From contig NW_021835141.1 of assembly GCF_006345805.1 (NCBI RefSeq), forward strand, positions 1 through 64,000: DNA of 64,000 nucleotides, written 5' to 3'. Shown here piece by piece: positions 61,479 to 64,000 of this stretch. The position numbers were made by a program, and so were the translations under genes. Under the pieces are notes generated by a model. The model saw nothing but the letters and a program-made list of their open reading frames with translations, had not been told where the DNA came from and made no database searches. This stretch comes from Octopus sinensis (Eukaryota). The first letter of the stretch is position 1. Each line of letters opens with the position of its first letter.

Positions 61479-62992
61479 TTGTGTGTGTGTAATACTCTCG
61501 GTTTGGCCCTCGAAATAAGGTTAATTCGAAATAAACTACAAAATAAATCTTACAGCCATGTCAGATTTCAACAAAGTCCCATAATTCTTCCTATTGTAAT
61601 GGCGGGTTGCATATGCAGCTGCGCATGCTCTGTACAGCTTAAACACTTGGCGGTCGTTTTAACTCTCTAATTATGCCGCTGAATCAAAAGATGAATTTGA
61701 AGATCTACCAGCGTCCGTATTCTCTGCAATTGTTTACGATTTACAACCAGGAAAATATTTGTATTCTAGAGAAACGAATGCAGATTTACACATCAGACTA
61801 ATAATAGTGGGATAGTAAACATTAATAATCTTTAATCTTTATTGCAGCTTGATGTTGTTTAACCGAACCCTTCGTTTATCTAACAAATATTCGACATCGA
61901 CACTCCAACATACTGTCATGAATCCTATTGGATATAACGTGACGGTCACAACATCTCAGCCTTCTTACACACAGCATCCGTGCTTGCCCTGACTATATTT
62001 GCTCTCTTTACACTCACTTTTATGGGTGTTGTATTCGTTTCGCATGAAATGTATTCAGCTTCTAGGATCCATCCTTTCTTCGAGTCTGGTATGTTTACGT
62101 AGATGAGTGAAAGAAATCGTCGTATTTGATGATCTCTGTCGCTGAAATGAGGCAATTTTTCTGGTTGATTTCATTTCTTATTCTTGTATATCAGCGTTTA
62201 GTGTATGACGTGTATGTTGTGTGCATCGAGTTTCGTTTTGTATCTTATTTTGAAGAGAGGTGGGAATTTTGTGATATAGATTTAGGTTGGCAGGACCAAT
62301 ACTCATTTAGACAGTCTTTTGAGGGATTGATCGTGTAAATTCCACATTCTCAGAAAGGTTAAATTGAACATTTTGTGATATTTCTAAAGTTGACGATAAA
62401 TAGGTTTTATAAGATATGGGGTAGGAATGGATCGGAAAGCTTTCCTGATTAATAACGGAAAATAGAATGGATTGTGTGGAAGTATCTGGTTGTTGTTGAA
62501 AGAATCATTTAAGTTCTGTGCTAAGTAATGTAGCGGTTCATGGCTCCTTGTCAGAATCCGAGTTGTAATTTGAACCCAAGCTGTCGGAGATAGTAGCGTC
62601 GAGTATTAGACTTTCTAAGGCTGTGCATGAAAAGCTGATATAATTCTATGGTGGTACTTTATTTGGGGTTTGTTGAATCATGAGACAGAAGACAAAATAC
62701 CGTTAAACAAAATAACATTTTATTTCAACGATAAGTTTGATAAACTGAAATCTTACAAAATGTTTTCTAGAATCATTTCGACAGATTTAGATTTTTCTTG
62801 TTTTTGAGGATATTTCTGGCATTCTACGTCGCCTCTTTTGTATTGTTTGAATATCTTCTGTAAACTAGTACAACAGTTTATTGTAACGATAGACATACTT
62901 TAAAGAAAATATTAGGTAACACAATTAATACTTTATGTTATTTATTGTAATTCACAGACATATTTTCATATGGAACCGAATTTAATTTCTAT

Positions 62993-63488
62993 TCAATATT
63001 TACTGCAGACAACGCAGGTTAATTCTTGACCTTCGACATACGGTGGGCATGGCAATGAGCCACAAACAGCCTCAACGAAATATAATAAAGCTCCATTTTC
63101 GTTTCGGTAACCCGCTGGATCAGCTTCTGGTGCATAATCCACACACACATATTCATGTCTGCCTTTATGACCATGACGCTCCGTCATCAAATATCCTGAA
63201 TACTCAGCTGTCCAACCAGCGTAACACTGTGTCCTGGCTGGTAACATCATAACAACAGCAGGTTGTCGTGTCAAACAGACAGCGCACGGAACGTTGTGAT
63301 CATGAAGTGATTTAGCGTTAGCAAAAGAAAAAGTTTATTTGAGTAGTGGGAAATTTCATATTCACTGCCATAAATGTAACCACCTTTTTCAACTTCAGTC
63401 GTATAATTGGCCCAAATGGGATCGTTAGGTAAACACAAGAGATTACTTCCGCCACCTGTGTGGTCAAAGAATTGTCCACCAACCACAC
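62993..63488 (-). CDS. Exon 4 of gene C (5' exons beyond the window); one 1 nt deletion in an A-run
   Basis: Acceptor ctAG at 63489; C4-like domain is open except for a single missing A in gcaaaagaaaaagttt (~63322-63337); 496 nt = 500-3-1. Confidence 0.75.
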
Positions 63489-63697
63489 CTAGAATTGGTA
63501 AGAATAAATCAAGTAAAAAAGAAGATATTACGTAAAATTATATATGAAATAACGGAAACATTCATTACAGTTTGACCCTTAAAAGAAGTCATGTTTAGCA
63601 ACGTGTGAAGGAATTGTGGTGTATATATGTTAGTGTTTATGTGAGTGCAAGAAGTGTCGCTGTATGCATGAGATCCTAGCTGTGCATTTGCATTCTC

Positions 63698-63745
<48 letters not shown>

Positions 63746-64000
63746 AGTAAGCAACAAGGATATCCAGAGATAATGCAGTACGATTGTTTCATGCAACTCC
63801 ATTTAATTGAACAATACAATCATTACATTAATTTAAAATATAGAGCAACCTTATGCTGCACAAATACATAGGATTTAATTAAATTGAAACAGATTGACAC
63901 ATTAGTATAATTATACCTAAAATTTCCAAGAAGTTAAGGAGATACACAAAGAACATGTTGTCTCTACATCAGCATAGAAGTTAATAAAATTATCAAGAAA

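Overview
Eukaryotic, microsatellite-saturated DNA. The tRNA-derived SINE families and Penelope-type relics suggest an octopus-like cephalopod (inference; no taxonomic search possible). The window is a minus-strand tandem gene array. A near-identical upstream block recurs at 1, 20751, 40351 and 57643. Each unit carries some or all of four exons (144 nt transmembrane exon, 52 nt, 75 nt, ~500 nt) encoding a collagen-free, membrane-anchored 'short-chain collagen C4-like' cysteine-rich domain. One copy (40302->29377, 256 aa) is intact; the others are truncated, fused or frameshifted, and their large exons differ in clustered hypervariable patches. A ~7.5 kb rDNA block (28S 3' part, 5.8S, ITS2, 28S 5' part, no recognisable 18S) is embedded at 2081-9597. 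Its 28S carries a 1.65 kb insertion exactly at the R2 retrotransposon target site. The 1.25 kb spacer behind that 28S holds two degenerate copies of the same target region with the cleavage core deleted. The rest is SINEs, RTE and R4-like LINE fragments, Penelope-like elements with hammerhead-like motifs, a Helitron derivative, a mariner fragment, fold-back MITE-like elements and simple repeats. Most ORFs in the supplied track are microsatellite or rRNA artefacts. Repeat boundaries are approximate; exon boundaries were read from splice sites.
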